From: Candidatus Woesearchaeota archaeon | GTDB lineage: Archaea > Nanobdellota > Nanobdellia > Woesearchaeales > JAGVYF01 | Direction: 5' to 3' | Length of the DNA stretch: 64,000 bases | Assembly: GCA_023264635.1 (NCBI GenBank) | Contig: JAHFLT010000004.1 | Span: 5,991-69,990 of the forward strand | In this document: piece after piece, positions 44,395 through 53,095 of the stretch | How positions within the stretch are numbered: position 1 is the first letter of the stretch | How the letters are laid out: every line of letters begins with the position of its first letter | The notes under the pieces: model-generated | Databases searched by the model: none | What the model was told of the DNA's origin: nothing | Seen by the model: only the letters and a program-made list of their open reading frames with translations | Made by a program: the position numbers and the translations under genes

Positions 44395-45489
44395 CTACGA
44401 TTTATACATTCTTTTGCAATGATCACTTATCTTTACAACAGCGTCTTGTATTTTCACATTATCTAATGTGATCTCTAATTTCTTTATCAGCTGTGCAAGG
44501 GGGACATCTTTTGCAAGCTGTTCTGTGGTGATGCAAACTGCATTCTTGGCCCGCTCTAAAAATAAGGAGGTTGCTTGAGTAGCAATATAGGTTCCGCCAT
44601 GCGCATAACGAGCAATGCGTTGTGGTAGTTCATAGATGATATAAATTCCACCAATGGCATCATACGCGAGCTCTTTAGTGCTGCCACGATTAATACAAAC
44701 TCCTCCTCTTCTTTGCCATCCAAAATGTTCTAGCACATCTTTCTCATTGGAAAAGGTGCCCCCATCACCACCTGTAGCAAATGTTTTTTGTACACTGCCT
44801 CGGTTCACACACAAAACATTGCCATAAGCGCTATAAGCGAAATGCATGCAGGTATTTTCATTTACGAGAGTTCCTCCCGAAGCGCTTTGTCCAAAATGCT
44901 GGACGTCGTTTTCGTTGATATAGCTCCCCCCAGTAACTAATGACGCAAAATCATTTTTTACTTTTCCCCGATTGGTATGTTCTCCACCGCTTGCTCCGGT
45001 ACAGAATTCCCCGAGAGTATTTCCATAGTTAGTGACTTCCCCTCCGCGAGCTTTATAACCAACATAATAGAGGCTATTGGCATAGAGATCTATGGAACCT
45101 TTTTGCAGTTTATATCCCCAGAAACAAAGCGGTGGAGTTTCTTTTGGGACACAAAGCCTTCGTTCATCCTTTCCCGTATTGAGTAATGCGGTATAGAATA
45201 GTCCGGCATATTCTTTATGCGTTTCGGGAAGCTTTTTAATCTGAGAAAAAAGCTGCTCATCCATAGTCGGTAATACAAGCTCAGCATAGGGTATAAGCAG
45301 GTGAAATGCATTTTCTAAAAGAATATCTGGAAGAGGTGTACCTATATGCTCGGTTAGCTTCCAATATCCACCATTATATTGCGGAGGTGCTTCGTGAAGA
45401 AACTCCGTCCACTTGGTAAACGCTGCGGCAATGAGGTAGGTGGGGCATGTTGCCATTTCCTCTACCCTTTCATTTTGCTCACTTACCAT
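44395..45489 (-). CDS. beta-helix repeat protein, paralog 2
   Basis: Same N-terminal helical domain (AAFTKWTEFL.., YAGLFYTALLN) and the same GGxxxNxG repeats (GGEVTNYG, GGEHTNRG, GGSYINEN, GGTLVNEN, GGVCINRG) as CDS 40756..41790. Confidence 0.55.
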   Translation of the reverse strand: MVSEQNERVEEMATCPTYLIAAAFTKWTEFLHEAPPQYNGGYWKLTEHIGTPLPDILLENAFHLLIPYAELVLPTMDEQLFSQIKKLPETHKEYAGLFYTALLNTGKDERRLCVPKETPPLCFWGYKLQKGSIDLYANSLYYVGYKARGGEVTNYGNTLGEFCTGASGGEHTNRGKVKNDFASLVTGGSYINENDVQHFGQSASGGTLVNENTCMHFAYSAYGNVLCVNRGSVQKTFATGGDGGTFSNEKDVLEHFGWQRRGGVCINRGSTKELAYDAIGGIYIIYELPQRIARYAHGGTYIATQATSLFLERAKNAVCITTEQLAKDVPLAQLIKKLEITLDNVKIQDAVVKISDHCKRMYKS

Positions 45490-45528
45490 AAAAACATAAC
45501 CTCTCTAACGGTGTTGGATATTTTATAT

Positions 45529-45556
45529 GTGGAGTAATCTTATACGTGGAGTAATC
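45529..45556 (+). repeat. direct repeat GTGGAGTAATC x2 (17-nt period)
   Basis: 45529-45539 and 45546-45556, in the divergent region between beta-helix paralog 2 and cysS. Confidence 0.6.
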
Positions 45557-45704
45557 GATGTTCTTTATTTCTTTATAATACTTTACATATCCTCTGTTGC
45601 GTGTGCAAAAATCTCAACACGAGTTAGAAATCTTTTTCCTCCCTTGGGAAAATGCATAAAATTCACGCGTGAGCGTCAGCGGACTCATCGATTCCCACCA
45701 AAAG

Positions 45705-45716
45705 GTTTAATTAAAC
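45705..45716 (+). promoter_or_regulatory. TATA-like box for cysS
   Basis: GTTTAATTAAAC is centred about 26 nt upstream of the ATG at 45736. Confidence 0.5.
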
Positions 45717-45735
45717 ATATTCTCTCTCTAGATAT

Positions 45736-47112
45736 ATGCTCAAACTCTTCAATGAGCTTCCAAGAAAGCTTCAGGTTTTTCGTCCTCAGAAAGCGAATAA
45801 AGTAACCATGTATGTGTGTGGTCCAACTATTTATGATTATGGACACCTTGGTCATGGACGCAGTGCAGTCGCATTTGATATCATTCGAAGATACTTTCTC
45901 TACAAGAGATATGAAGTGACGTTCGTTTTCAATTATACTGACATAGATGACAAGCTCATCAAGCGCGCATGGGAAAATAACATGACGGTAAAGACTCTGG
46001 CTGACCAGTTCACACTGATGTATGATGAGGATTATCTGAAACTCAATATCCTTCCTTTAGAGCATAGACCTAAAGCTACAGAGCACATCAAAGAGATGAT
46101 AGCGCTCATAGCGGTATTGGAAAAGAAGGGGTATACCTACATCATTGAAGGTGATGGAGTTTATTATGATGTGCAAAGATTTAGTAGATATGGAAAGCTT
46201 TCTGGGCAGAACCTAGAACAACTCCGAGCAGGAGCAAGAGTGGATATCGTAGATAAAAAAAAGCATCCTGAGGATTTTGTCTTATGGAAATACAAGAAGC
46301 AGCTTGAACCATCATGGAGTAGTCCGTGGGGAGAAGGCAGGCCAGGCTGGCATATAGAATGTTCTGCCATGGTCCGTGCTCTGTTAGGAGATACCATCGA
46401 TGTTCATGGTGGTGGCCAAGACCTTATTTTTCCACACCACGAAGATGAGATAGCTCAATCCGAAGCAGCGACTAACAAGCCCCTTGCCCGCTTTTGGCTA
46501 CATAATGGCTTTGTACTGGTTAACAAGGAAAAGATGGCTAAATCATTAGGAAATTTCTTTACGTTAAGGGAAGCATTTGGTAAGTACGATCCATTAGTAA
46601 TCAGGCACTTTTTGGGTTCTGTACATTATCGTGCACCCATTACCTTCACGCCTGAAGCATTGGAAGGAGCCAAGCAGAGTCTTGAGCGGTTGCAACGGTT
46701 GTATGATGAACTTCCGCTGTGGCAGTTGAAGAGTGGTAAAAAGACGTTATCATGGGGTAAGTACAGACGCTCTTTTGAAAAATGTATGGATGAGGACATA
46801 AACGTCAGCAAAGCACTCGCTGTTATCTTTGAAGTCGTTGGAGAAGTGAACAAAGCAAAGCTCGAAAGCAGACTAACACAAAGAGATGGAGCAGAGGCAA
46901 AGACGTTCCTAGAGAACATTGACAGTATCTTTGCTGTTCTTGTTAAAACCAAAGGAAAGATCCCCGTCAATGTGCAGGAAATTGTTGCAGAAAGGGAAAA
47001 AGCTCGTGGTGTAAAAGATTGGAATATGTCGGATAAATTACGTCAAGAGATTAAGAAGTATGGCTATGCAGTAAAGGACACAAACGATGGGCAGATTCTG
47101 GAGAAACTTTAA
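45736..47112 (+). CDS. cysS: cysteinyl-tRNA synthetase
   Basis: CGPTIYDYGHLGHGRS (HIGH region), WHIECS and KMAKSLGN (KMSKS). Confidence 0.92.
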   Translation: MLKLFNELPRKLQVFRPQKANKVTMYVCGPTIYDYGHLGHGRSAVAFDIIRRYFLYKRYEVTFVFNYTDIDDKLIKRAWENNMTVKTLADQFTLMYDEDYLKLNILPLEHRPKATEHIKEMIALIAVLEKKGYTYIIEGDGVYYDVQRFSRYGKLSGQNLEQLRAGARVDIVDKKKHPEDFVLWKYKKQLEPSWSSPWGEGRPGWHIECSAMVRALLGDTIDVHGGGQDLIFPHHEDEIAQSEAATNKPLARFWLHNGFVLVNKEKMAKSLGNFFTLREAFGKYDPLVIRHFLGSVHYRAPITFTPEALEGAKQSLERLQRLYDELPLWQLKSGKKTLSWGKYRRSFEKCMDEDINVSKALAVIFEVVGEVNKAKLESRLTQRDGAEAKTFLENIDSIFAVLVKTKGKIPVNVQEIVAEREKARGVKDWNMSDKLRQEIKKYGYAVKDTNDGQILEKL

Positions 47113-47119
47113 TTCTCCC

Positions 47120-47848
47120 TCAGAGTAAAGTAGTCACAGTAAAATACAACCTCCGGTTATTCTTCCCCTTGTTCTCCAGCGAAAGAATTTCTATTTTGCC
47201 AATTTCACTTAATGATTTGACATGCGTTCCTCCATCTGCCTGCACATCTATCCCTTGTATCTCGACGATGCGTAATGTTGCTATAGATGGTGGTAATGCA
47301 CCAGCAAGTTTCACGATGTCTGGATTATTCATTGCATCTTCTCGAGGGAGAGAATAGACTTTCACTGGTACATCTTTCACAATAGCAGCATTCGCCTCTG
47401 TAACGAGTTGGGTAATTAGTTCTTTATCCAGTGTTTCCAGATTGAAGTCAATACGTGATTTGTCTGTGTTCAACTGGTTACCCGTTATAAGCACTCCGGC
47501 ACGTGTATAGAATAGTGCAGACAATAAGTGTGCAGTTGTGTGCATGCGCATGAGCTTGTATCTTCTTTGCCAGTCTATTTTTCCAGTGATTATATCTCCT
47601 GTATGTAATCCTGTCTTCTCTACGGTATGAATGACTTTCCCGTCTTTTTTACAGACACCAACAACACCAAATTCTTCACCTCCTCTTAGTACCATACCAA
47701 CATCATGTGGTTGTCCCCCGCCCGTTGGATAGAAAGCTGTCTTGTCAAGAACAATATCATTGCCAATGACTTCTATCACTTTTGCTGAGAATTCATTGAG
47801 GTAGCTGTTAGTGAAGTAGAGTAGTTCTGTCATAATTAGTTCCGTCAT
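47120..47848 (-). CDS. alaX: alanyl-tRNA editing protein AlaX
   Basis: MHTTAHLLSALF (HxxxH) and DGGTHV in the position of the CGGTH zinc motif. Size and layout match AlaX-M. Confidence 0.8.
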   Translation of the reverse strand: MTELIMTELLYFTNSYLNEFSAKVIEVIGNDIVLDKTAFYPTGGGQPHDVGMVLRGGEEFGVVGVCKKDGKVIHTVEKTGLHTGDIITGKIDWQRRYKLMRMHTTAHLLSALFYTRAGVLITGNQLNTDKSRIDFNLETLDKELITQLVTEANAAIVKDVPVKVYSLPREDAMNNPDIVKLAGALPPSIATLRIVEIQGIDVQADGGTHVKSLSEIGKIEILSLENKGKNNRRLYFTVTTLL

Positions 47849-47902
47849 ATCCGTCAGATTAGTGGCAGTAAGTGACCTCTATCAATTTTCGTTATTATAT
47901 TC

Positions 47903-47956
47903 GAAGGAACAACCAATTTTGATTCAACCAATTTTGATTAATTACTTTGTTCCTTC
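47903..47956. repeat. 10-bp perfect inverted repeat GAAGGAACAA / TTGTTCCTTC enclosing a tandem repeat ACCAATTTTGATT x2
   Basis: Arms at 47903-47912 and 47947-47956. The loop holds two copies of ACCAATTTTGATT (16-nt period). The right arm ends 1 nt before the valS stop. Confidence 0.75.
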
Positions 47957-47957
47957 A

Positions 47958-50348
47958 TCATAACTCAATGAAAACTTCTTTTGCATAAGTAATCCTCTTG
48001 ATGGTGTGCGCAGCCTTGAGATCCATCTCAATGGATTTGAAATGCTCGGGCAATGTAATGGAAGATATTTCCGCTTTCAGTGAGAGTTGCTTGTCTTTCT
48101 TTGCTTTCCAGATAGTGCTGTTAAGTGCAATAAGTTCCTCAGGAGGGAATGTAATTTTATGCATCGCGGTCTGTTTCGGAAATTGTTCAGCATGAATGTC
48201 TTGATTACGAAGGGTTTTGTAAATATGATACGTTATCATAGGAGTAACTGGTGCAAGCAGCAGTAAAATACTGTCAAGACAAAAATGCAATGTCTGAAGC
48301 GCGCCGTTCTGCTGCGCTTGGGTAAACAAGTTATGCTCATTGTATGCCCTGCTTTTGACAAGCTCCAGATAATGAGAAGCTAACGTTTCCCACAGGAAAT
48401 GCTTTATCGCCACAACAGGGTTATGGAAATCATAGAAAGGATATTTTTCCCCAGCGAGATGAATAAGGCACTCCACTTCATTCCGTATCCACTTGTCTGT
48501 CTCAAGCAGTTCAACATCTCCTTTTGGCTTTGGGAACATGGAGATGAAACGTGCAACATTCCAGAGCTTAGTAAGTGTTTTTCCCGCGCCATCTATCCTC
48601 TCATAGGAGCATATGAAGTCGTCCTTGTCAAGGTTCCCCTCTACAGCAGTCCACAAGCGGAATGGCTCAGCGCCATATTTGTTGATAATCACATTCGGAT
48701 CAATAGCATTGTTGGCGGATTTAGACATCTTCTTTCCTTTCTCATCAAGGACGTGATGATTAATCCACACATCGTGAAAGATGACTTCTCCCGTAAGCTG
48801 ATAATCCTTTAATAAGGTATAATATAGCCACGTGCGGACGATCTCCTTTCCTTGTGGCCTGAGTGTGCACGGCTTTGCTTTTGCAAAAAATTTCTTATCC
48901 CGTGACCATTTAAGCACGTAGAGCGGAGAAATGGACGAGTCAAACCATGTATCAAAGACACGTTCTTCTCCTCTGAAAGTGGTATTGCCGCATTTCAGGC
49001 ATTTTTTTATTGGTGGCTGTTCCTTCCATGGCCGGTAGTATCCACCTTTCACAGGCAAAATAACATCATTGCACTTTTCGCAGTACCAGATAGGAATTTC
49101 AGTTGCATAAAATCGTCTTCTTGAGATTGGCCAATCAATTGAGACAGCATCTATCCAGTCGAGGAGAATCTGCTTTGATTGTGGTGAGTAGAATGCTATT
49201 TTATCCGCAATATCTTTCATTTTTTCTTTACATTCTATCTGCTTTAGGTAGAATTCTTTCATTGCAATGAATTCTATATGATCTTTGCTGCGTTCACAGA
49301 TGGGAGTTCTGTGCGTGACTGTACGCTGGTTTACAATAAGGTTTTTCTCCTGCAACGCCACAAGCATTTTTTTTCTGGCTTCTTTGATCTTCAATCCCTG
49401 CAAGAATCCTGCTCGCTCATTCATCGTTCCATCTGTAGTGATAGAAATCTTTGGCTGTAAAGTCATTTCTCTGAAGAAGCGGATATCTGTATAATCCCCA
49501 AAACTGCACATCATCACAAGACCAGTGCCTTTGTCCATCTGCGCAAGGGGATGCGCCCTTATGGGTACTTTCTCGTTGAAAATCGGTGTGACTGCATACT
49601 TTCCCTCCAGATGTTTGTATCTGGTATCCTCCGGATGGTAAATCACCATTGCGCAGCTGCACACAAACTCCGGTCTTGTCGTTCCAATAATGATGTCTTC
49701 TCCCGTTTCAGCAATCGTAAACTTTATGTCGCTAAACAGCGTTTGCACATCCGCATAATCAATCTCCGAATCAGCAACCGTTGTTCTGCACCCAGGACAA
49801 TAGTTGTTTGTGCGCTCTGCTTCGTAAATCAACCCTTTCTGCCAAAGATCAATGAACGTTTCCTGCGTCAATGCGCGATAATCTGGGGAATCTGTTTCGT
49901 ATATTTCTCCTATCCCCGTTCCTATGTCCCATGAATTATAGCTGTGTCCCAGCTTAAGAAAAGTGCTGACAGATTCAGCGCTTGCTTCCTCCAGTACTTT
50001 ATTGCAGTAACCAAGGTATTCCTCCCGTGAAATTTGTCCTAACCGGATGCTAAACTTCTTCTCAGCTGCCATCTCAATCGGTAGCCCATTCCTGTCAAGC
50101 CCTAATGGAAAGAGCACATTATACCCAGCCATTCTCCTGTAGCGTGCAAACATATCCATAAGGGTATATGTCGTTGCATGCCCAATATGGATCGGGGCAT
50201 TCACATACGGCGGTGGCGTATCAATTGAATAAACTGGCTTTTTGCTTTTCTTGTCAAATGCATAGCGCTTGGTTTGTTTCCATTCCCCATAGATAGGTTT
50301 CTCTAATTCTTTGCTCCATGCCTTCTCTTGTAGTTTTGGTTCGTTCAC
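47958..50348 (-). CDS. valS: valyl-tRNA synthetase
   Basis: PPPYVNAPIHIGHATTY (HIGH), GLDRNGLPIE and KGKKMSKSANN (KMSKS). The GTG at 50348 (VNEPKLQEKAW) lies 28 nt downstream of a TATA-like box. The ORF-track ATG at 50411 would add a hydrophobic, non-conserved extension. Confidence 0.88.
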   Translation of the reverse strand: MNEPKLQEKAWSKELEKPIYGEWKQTKRYAFDKKSKKPVYSIDTPPPYVNAPIHIGHATTYTLMDMFARYRRMAGYNVLFPLGLDRNGLPIEMAAEKKFSIRLGQISREEYLGYCNKVLEEASAESVSTFLKLGHSYNSWDIGTGIGEIYETDSPDYRALTQETFIDLWQKGLIYEAERTNNYCPGCRTTVADSEIDYADVQTLFSDIKFTIAETGEDIIIGTTRPEFVCSCAMVIYHPEDTRYKHLEGKYAVTPIFNEKVPIRAHPLAQMDKGTGLVMMCSFGDYTDIRFFREMTLQPKISITTDGTMNERAGFLQGLKIKEARKKMLVALQEKNLIVNQRTVTHRTPICERSKDHIEFIAMKEFYLKQIECKEKMKDIADKIAFYSPQSKQILLDWIDAVSIDWPISRRRFYATEIPIWYCEKCNDVILPVKGGYYRPWKEQPPIKKCLKCGNTTFRGEERVFDTWFDSSISPLYVLKWSRDKKFFAKAKPCTLRPQGKEIVRTWLYYTLLKDYQLTGEVIFHDVWINHHVLDEKGKKMSKSANNAIDPNVIINKYGAEPFRLWTAVEGNLDKDDFICSYERIDGAGKTLTKLWNVARFISMFPKPKGDVELLETDKWIRNEVECLIHLAGEKYPFYDFHNPVVAIKHFLWETLASHYLELVKSRAYNEHNLFTQAQQNGALQTLHFCLDSILLLLAPVTPMITYHIYKTLRNQDIHAEQFPKQTAMHKITFPPEELIALNSTIWKAKKDKQLSLKAEISSITLPEHFKSIEMDLKAAHTIKRITYAKEVFIEL

Positions 50349-50370
50349 GGCGTGCAAGAAAAAGAAGAGG

Positions 50371-50382
50371 AGTTTAAAAAAG
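50371..50382 (-). promoter_or_regulatory. TATA-like box for valS
   Basis: The minus strand reads CTTTTTTAAACT, centred about 28 nt upstream of the GTG at 50348. Confidence 0.45.
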
Positions 50383-50489
50383 TAGTGCATAACCTTTCGT
50401 TTAATCAACAAATCTCGTGAAAAGAGATGCCGTAAGGAAGTGTATCCAGTGGCAAAGTTCTATTCTTCAAAGAAGGAGGGTTGAGTGTT

Positions 50490-50975
50490 CTATTTTTCCT
50501 TTTCAGGCGGCTTAGGACACTCTTCTGTTGCTGAGATATACGTCCATCCTATCGGCTTACTCGTCTTTTCTATCTTCACAATGTGATAAGGATGTGTAAT
50601 TACTTGGAGATACATATTCCCCTCTACGGGACAGGTAGTTTGCACGAGCACATCAAGCGAAGGAGGAAGATTCCGGATTTGCTTTACTTCAACAGAATAT
50701 GCAGAGTTAGGTTTTGTTCCCATATACACTGCAAGAATCATTTCCTTTGTGAAATCAACAGCAGGAACATTTTCATCGTGTGCAGCCTTGTAATGTGATT
50801 CCCACATCTTCCGGTCACTAAAAACAAGGTTTGCCTGTTTGTCATAATGAGAATACATTCCCTTTTCTAGCGACGTAAATGGTCGCGTCTCAAACTCAGC
50901 CTCAAGCTCAGCCTCCTGACATGCATATGCAGGCATAGCTAGCGCAATAATCCCCGCAAGCAGATATTTCTTCAT
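50490..50975 (-). CDS. lipoprotein with PrcB-C-like domain (tentative)
   Basis: An internal ATG gives MKKYLLAGIIALAMPAYAC (signal plus Cys). GTKPNSAYSVEVKQI resembles the GxxPTGGYSIEI motif of PrcB_C domains. Confidence 0.45.
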   Translation of the reverse strand: MKKYLLAGIIALAMPAYACQEAELEAEFETRPFTSLEKGMYSHYDKQANLVFSDRKMWESHYKAAHDENVPAVDFTKEMILAVYMGTKPNSAYSVEVKQIRNLPPSLDVLVQTTCPVEGNMYLQVITHPYHIVKIEKTSKPIGWTYISATEECPKPPEKEK

Positions 50976-51005
50976 GATATCACCTATTTTTTCTATCTCC
51001 AACAG

Positions 51006-51015
51006 CTTAATAAAC
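51006..51015 (+). promoter_or_regulatory. TATA-like box for rfcL
   Basis: CTTAATAAAC is centred about 27 nt upstream of the ATG at 51037. Confidence 0.5.
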
Positions 51016-51036
51016 TTTGTCCTATCCTCTCTAAGA

Positions 51037-52209
51037 ATGCTCTGGACACAGAAATATGCACCACAAACACCAGCAGAAGTAGTAGGCCAAGGAGGAGTCC
51101 AAGCAGTGAGTGATTTCATCCAGCGCTACCCCGGTAGGAAGAAAGCAGTGTTGCTCTATGGTCCAAGTGGATGTGGAAAAACAACGAGCATTTATGCGCT
51201 TGCAAATGAGAGAGGAGATGAACTGCTCGAAATTAATGCATCTGATACGCGCAATGCTGCCTCTCTCAATGCTCTTCTAGGTTCTGCGCTCAAGCAACGC
51301 TCTCTCTTCGGCAAAAATAAGATTATTCTTGTAGACGAATTAGATGGACTGTCCGGTATGGAAGACCGTGGCGGTGTTGACGCACTAATCAAACTGCTTG
51401 AACACAGCTTCTTCCCGGTAGTGCTCATCACCTCAGACCCATATGAACGCAAATTGTCTTCATTACGAAGCAAATGCGAGCTGATAGAATTCATGCCGCT
51501 CTCTCCAACAGTGCTTGCGCAACTGCTTTCGAGGATTGCAGCAATGGAGGGAATAAATGCACCAGCTGCTGTTGTGAAAGCGTTGGCACGGAGAAGTGGA
51601 GGAGATGCACGCGCAGCAATAATAGATTTGCAAACGCTAACAGAGAAATCACTTATCCTAAAAGCAGATGACTTATCCTCTCTTGGTGAAAGAAGGCAAA
51701 ACGAATCGATGATGAAAGCGTTAATGAAGATTCTCAAGACAACAGACTCTAGTGTTGCGGTTGCCGCGTTGGACGCTGTTGATGAGGATCTAGATGATGT
51801 CATGTTATGGATAGATGAGAACCTGCCTAAGGAGTACAAAAAACCCCAGGACCTTGTACGTGCATATAATGCAGTAGCTAAAGCAGATATCTTTCGTTCA
51901 TGGATCAGGCGCTGGCAGTATTGGAGGCTGCTTGCATATGTCCACATCATGCTGACAAGCGGAGTGGCGTTGGCAAAAGAAGAAAAATACAGCCAATTCT
52001 CTCCATATGGACCGCCGCAACGGTTGCTCAAAATATGGCGCCTGAATATGAAGAATGCAAAGAAAAAGAGTATTGCTGAAAAGATTGCACAAGCCACTCA
52101 TTGCGGCACGCGAAAAGCGATGAAGCAGATGCCCTATTTCCAGAAGATGAAAGAGATAGGATTGGAATTAAGCGATGAAGAAAAAGATTGGTTCAGAAAG
52201 TCGCGGTGA
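51037..52209 (+). CDS. rfcL: replication factor C large subunit
   Basis: MLWTQKYAPQTPAEVVGQ, LLYGPSGCGKTT (Walker A), ILVDELDG (Walker B) and SGGDARAAI (sensor 2). Confidence 0.85.
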   Translation: MLWTQKYAPQTPAEVVGQGGVQAVSDFIQRYPGRKKAVLLYGPSGCGKTTSIYALANERGDELLEINASDTRNAASLNALLGSALKQRSLFGKNKIILVDELDGLSGMEDRGGVDALIKLLEHSFFPVVLITSDPYERKLSSLRSKCELIEFMPLSPTVLAQLLSRIAAMEGINAPAAVVKALARRSGGDARAAIIDLQTLTEKSLILKADDLSSLGERRQNESMMKALMKILKTTDSSVAVAALDAVDEDLDDVMLWIDENLPKEYKKPQDLVRAYNAVAKADIFRSWIRRWQYWRLLAYVHIMLTSGVALAKEEKYSQFSPYGPPQRLLKIWRLNMKNAKKKSIAEKIAQATHCGTRKAMKQMPYFQKMKEIGLELSDEEKDWFRKSR

Positions 52210-52951
52210 TAGCAGCCACGTTCTTATATGCTGTCACCACTGTATCTAAATCTTTTCCTTCTCGATAAAGTTGCTTGTCCGTCATTCCTGTTTTGTCAAG
52301 TTGGTCAAGTGCATTCTTCTGTGGTGTCAGCGTGTCTCCTTTGTATGGCCACAACCGTAATGAGCCTGGTGTGATATCATCTATAATAAGGAGATTGTTG
52401 TTGCGTACCCCAAATTCCACTTTCAAATCCATAAGTTGGTATTTGTGCTGCGAAAATGCTTTTTCTAGAACGACAAAAGCGTTTGTTGCTGTGTCTTCCA
52501 TCTGGCCATAAGGTGTTTTGTATTTTTTCTCAGCATACACGACGAATTCAGGATCCACTAAGGGATCATGGAGCATATCGCACTTCATAAAGAATTCCAC
52601 CATTAACGGTGTAAACCAATCACCTTCCTGATGCATTGTTCTTCCGAGTAATGAGCCGGTTGCAACTCTTCTGACGACTACTTCCAATGGCAGAATCTTG
52701 TCCATACGCAATGCAGTGATGTAGCGTGACTGGCTACTGTTTATGTAATGTGTTGCTATATTGTTCCTGTTAAGCAAAGAAAAGCAATGCGTGGCGACCA
52801 GCCAGCTGTACTCCCCAATCCCTTCTTTTGCGTCGTGCTTTGTGCCGTCTCCTGCGGTAATATCATCTTTAAAATACAGCTTGACAAAGCTCGCAGAGTA
52901 GTCATAGACTATTTTCGTTTTTCCTTCGTAAAGCTTGGTGTAGTTTTCCAT
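52193..52951 (-). CDS. purC: SAICAR synthetase
   Basis: MENYTKLYEGKTKIVYDY...FKDDITAGDG...IATHYI. The ORF-track extension to 53071 reads through the tRNA-Cys gene and is rejected. Confidence 0.88.
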   Translation of the reverse strand: MENYTKLYEGKTKIVYDYSASFVKLYFKDDITAGDGTKHDAKEGIGEYSWLVATHCFSLLNRNNIATHYINSSQSRYITALRMDKILPLEVVVRRVATGSLLGRTMHQEGDWFTPLMVEFFMKCDMLHDPLVDPEFVVYAEKKYKTPYGQMEDTATNAFVVLEKAFSQHKYQLMDLKVEFGVRNNNLLIIDDITPGSLRLWPYKGDTLTPQKNALDQLDKTGMTDKQLYREGKDLDTVVTAYKNVAAITATF

Positions 52952-52955
52952 GGAC

Positions 52956-53028
52956 AGCGGGAGCTGGGACTCGAACCCAGGAATAAGAGGGTTGCAGCCT
53001 CTCGCCTTAGCCGCTTGGCTACCCCCGC
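52956..53028 (-). tRNA. tRNA-Cys (GCA), no intron, CCA not encoded
   Basis: Minus strand: GCGGGGGTAGCCAAGCGGCTAAGGCGAGAGGCTGCAACCCTCTTATTCCTGGGTTCGAGTCCCAGCTCCCGC plus discriminator U. It has a 7-bp acceptor stem (one G-U), anticodon loop CUGCAAC and T-loop TTCGAGT. Confidence 0.9.
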
Positions 53029-53095
53029 ACAACAAACTCAGGTAACAAGGTCTGAGCCAGCCAGAGAGCATTGCGGAGAGACTTATAAAGATTAC

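Noticed and set aside
45527-45805. 92-aa ORF spanning the cysS promoter and start.
   Set aside because: The product is hydrophobic and low-complexity. It overlaps the TATA box and the cysS start in another frame.
47816-47848. Near-duplicate MTELIMTELL at the alaX start (ATGACGGAACTAATTATGACAGAACTACTC).
   Set aside because: It is a small imperfect 15-nt duplication that gives two possible starts. It has no further consequence that I can support.
47945-47956. The 12-mer TTTGTTCCTTCA is shared with about 30065-30076.
   Set aside because: Many 12-mer coincidences are expected by chance in an AT-rich 64-kb window, and there is no extended similarity.
51192-52097. 301-aa ORF on the minus strand.
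   Set aside because: It is fully antisense to the well-supported rfcL gene. The product is Ser/Ala-rich and low-complexity, with no motif. This is a typical shadow ORF.
52952-53071. N-terminal 40-aa extension of the purC ORF.
   Set aside because: It reads straight through the tRNA-Cys gene. The conserved purC N-terminus starts at MENYTKLYEGK.
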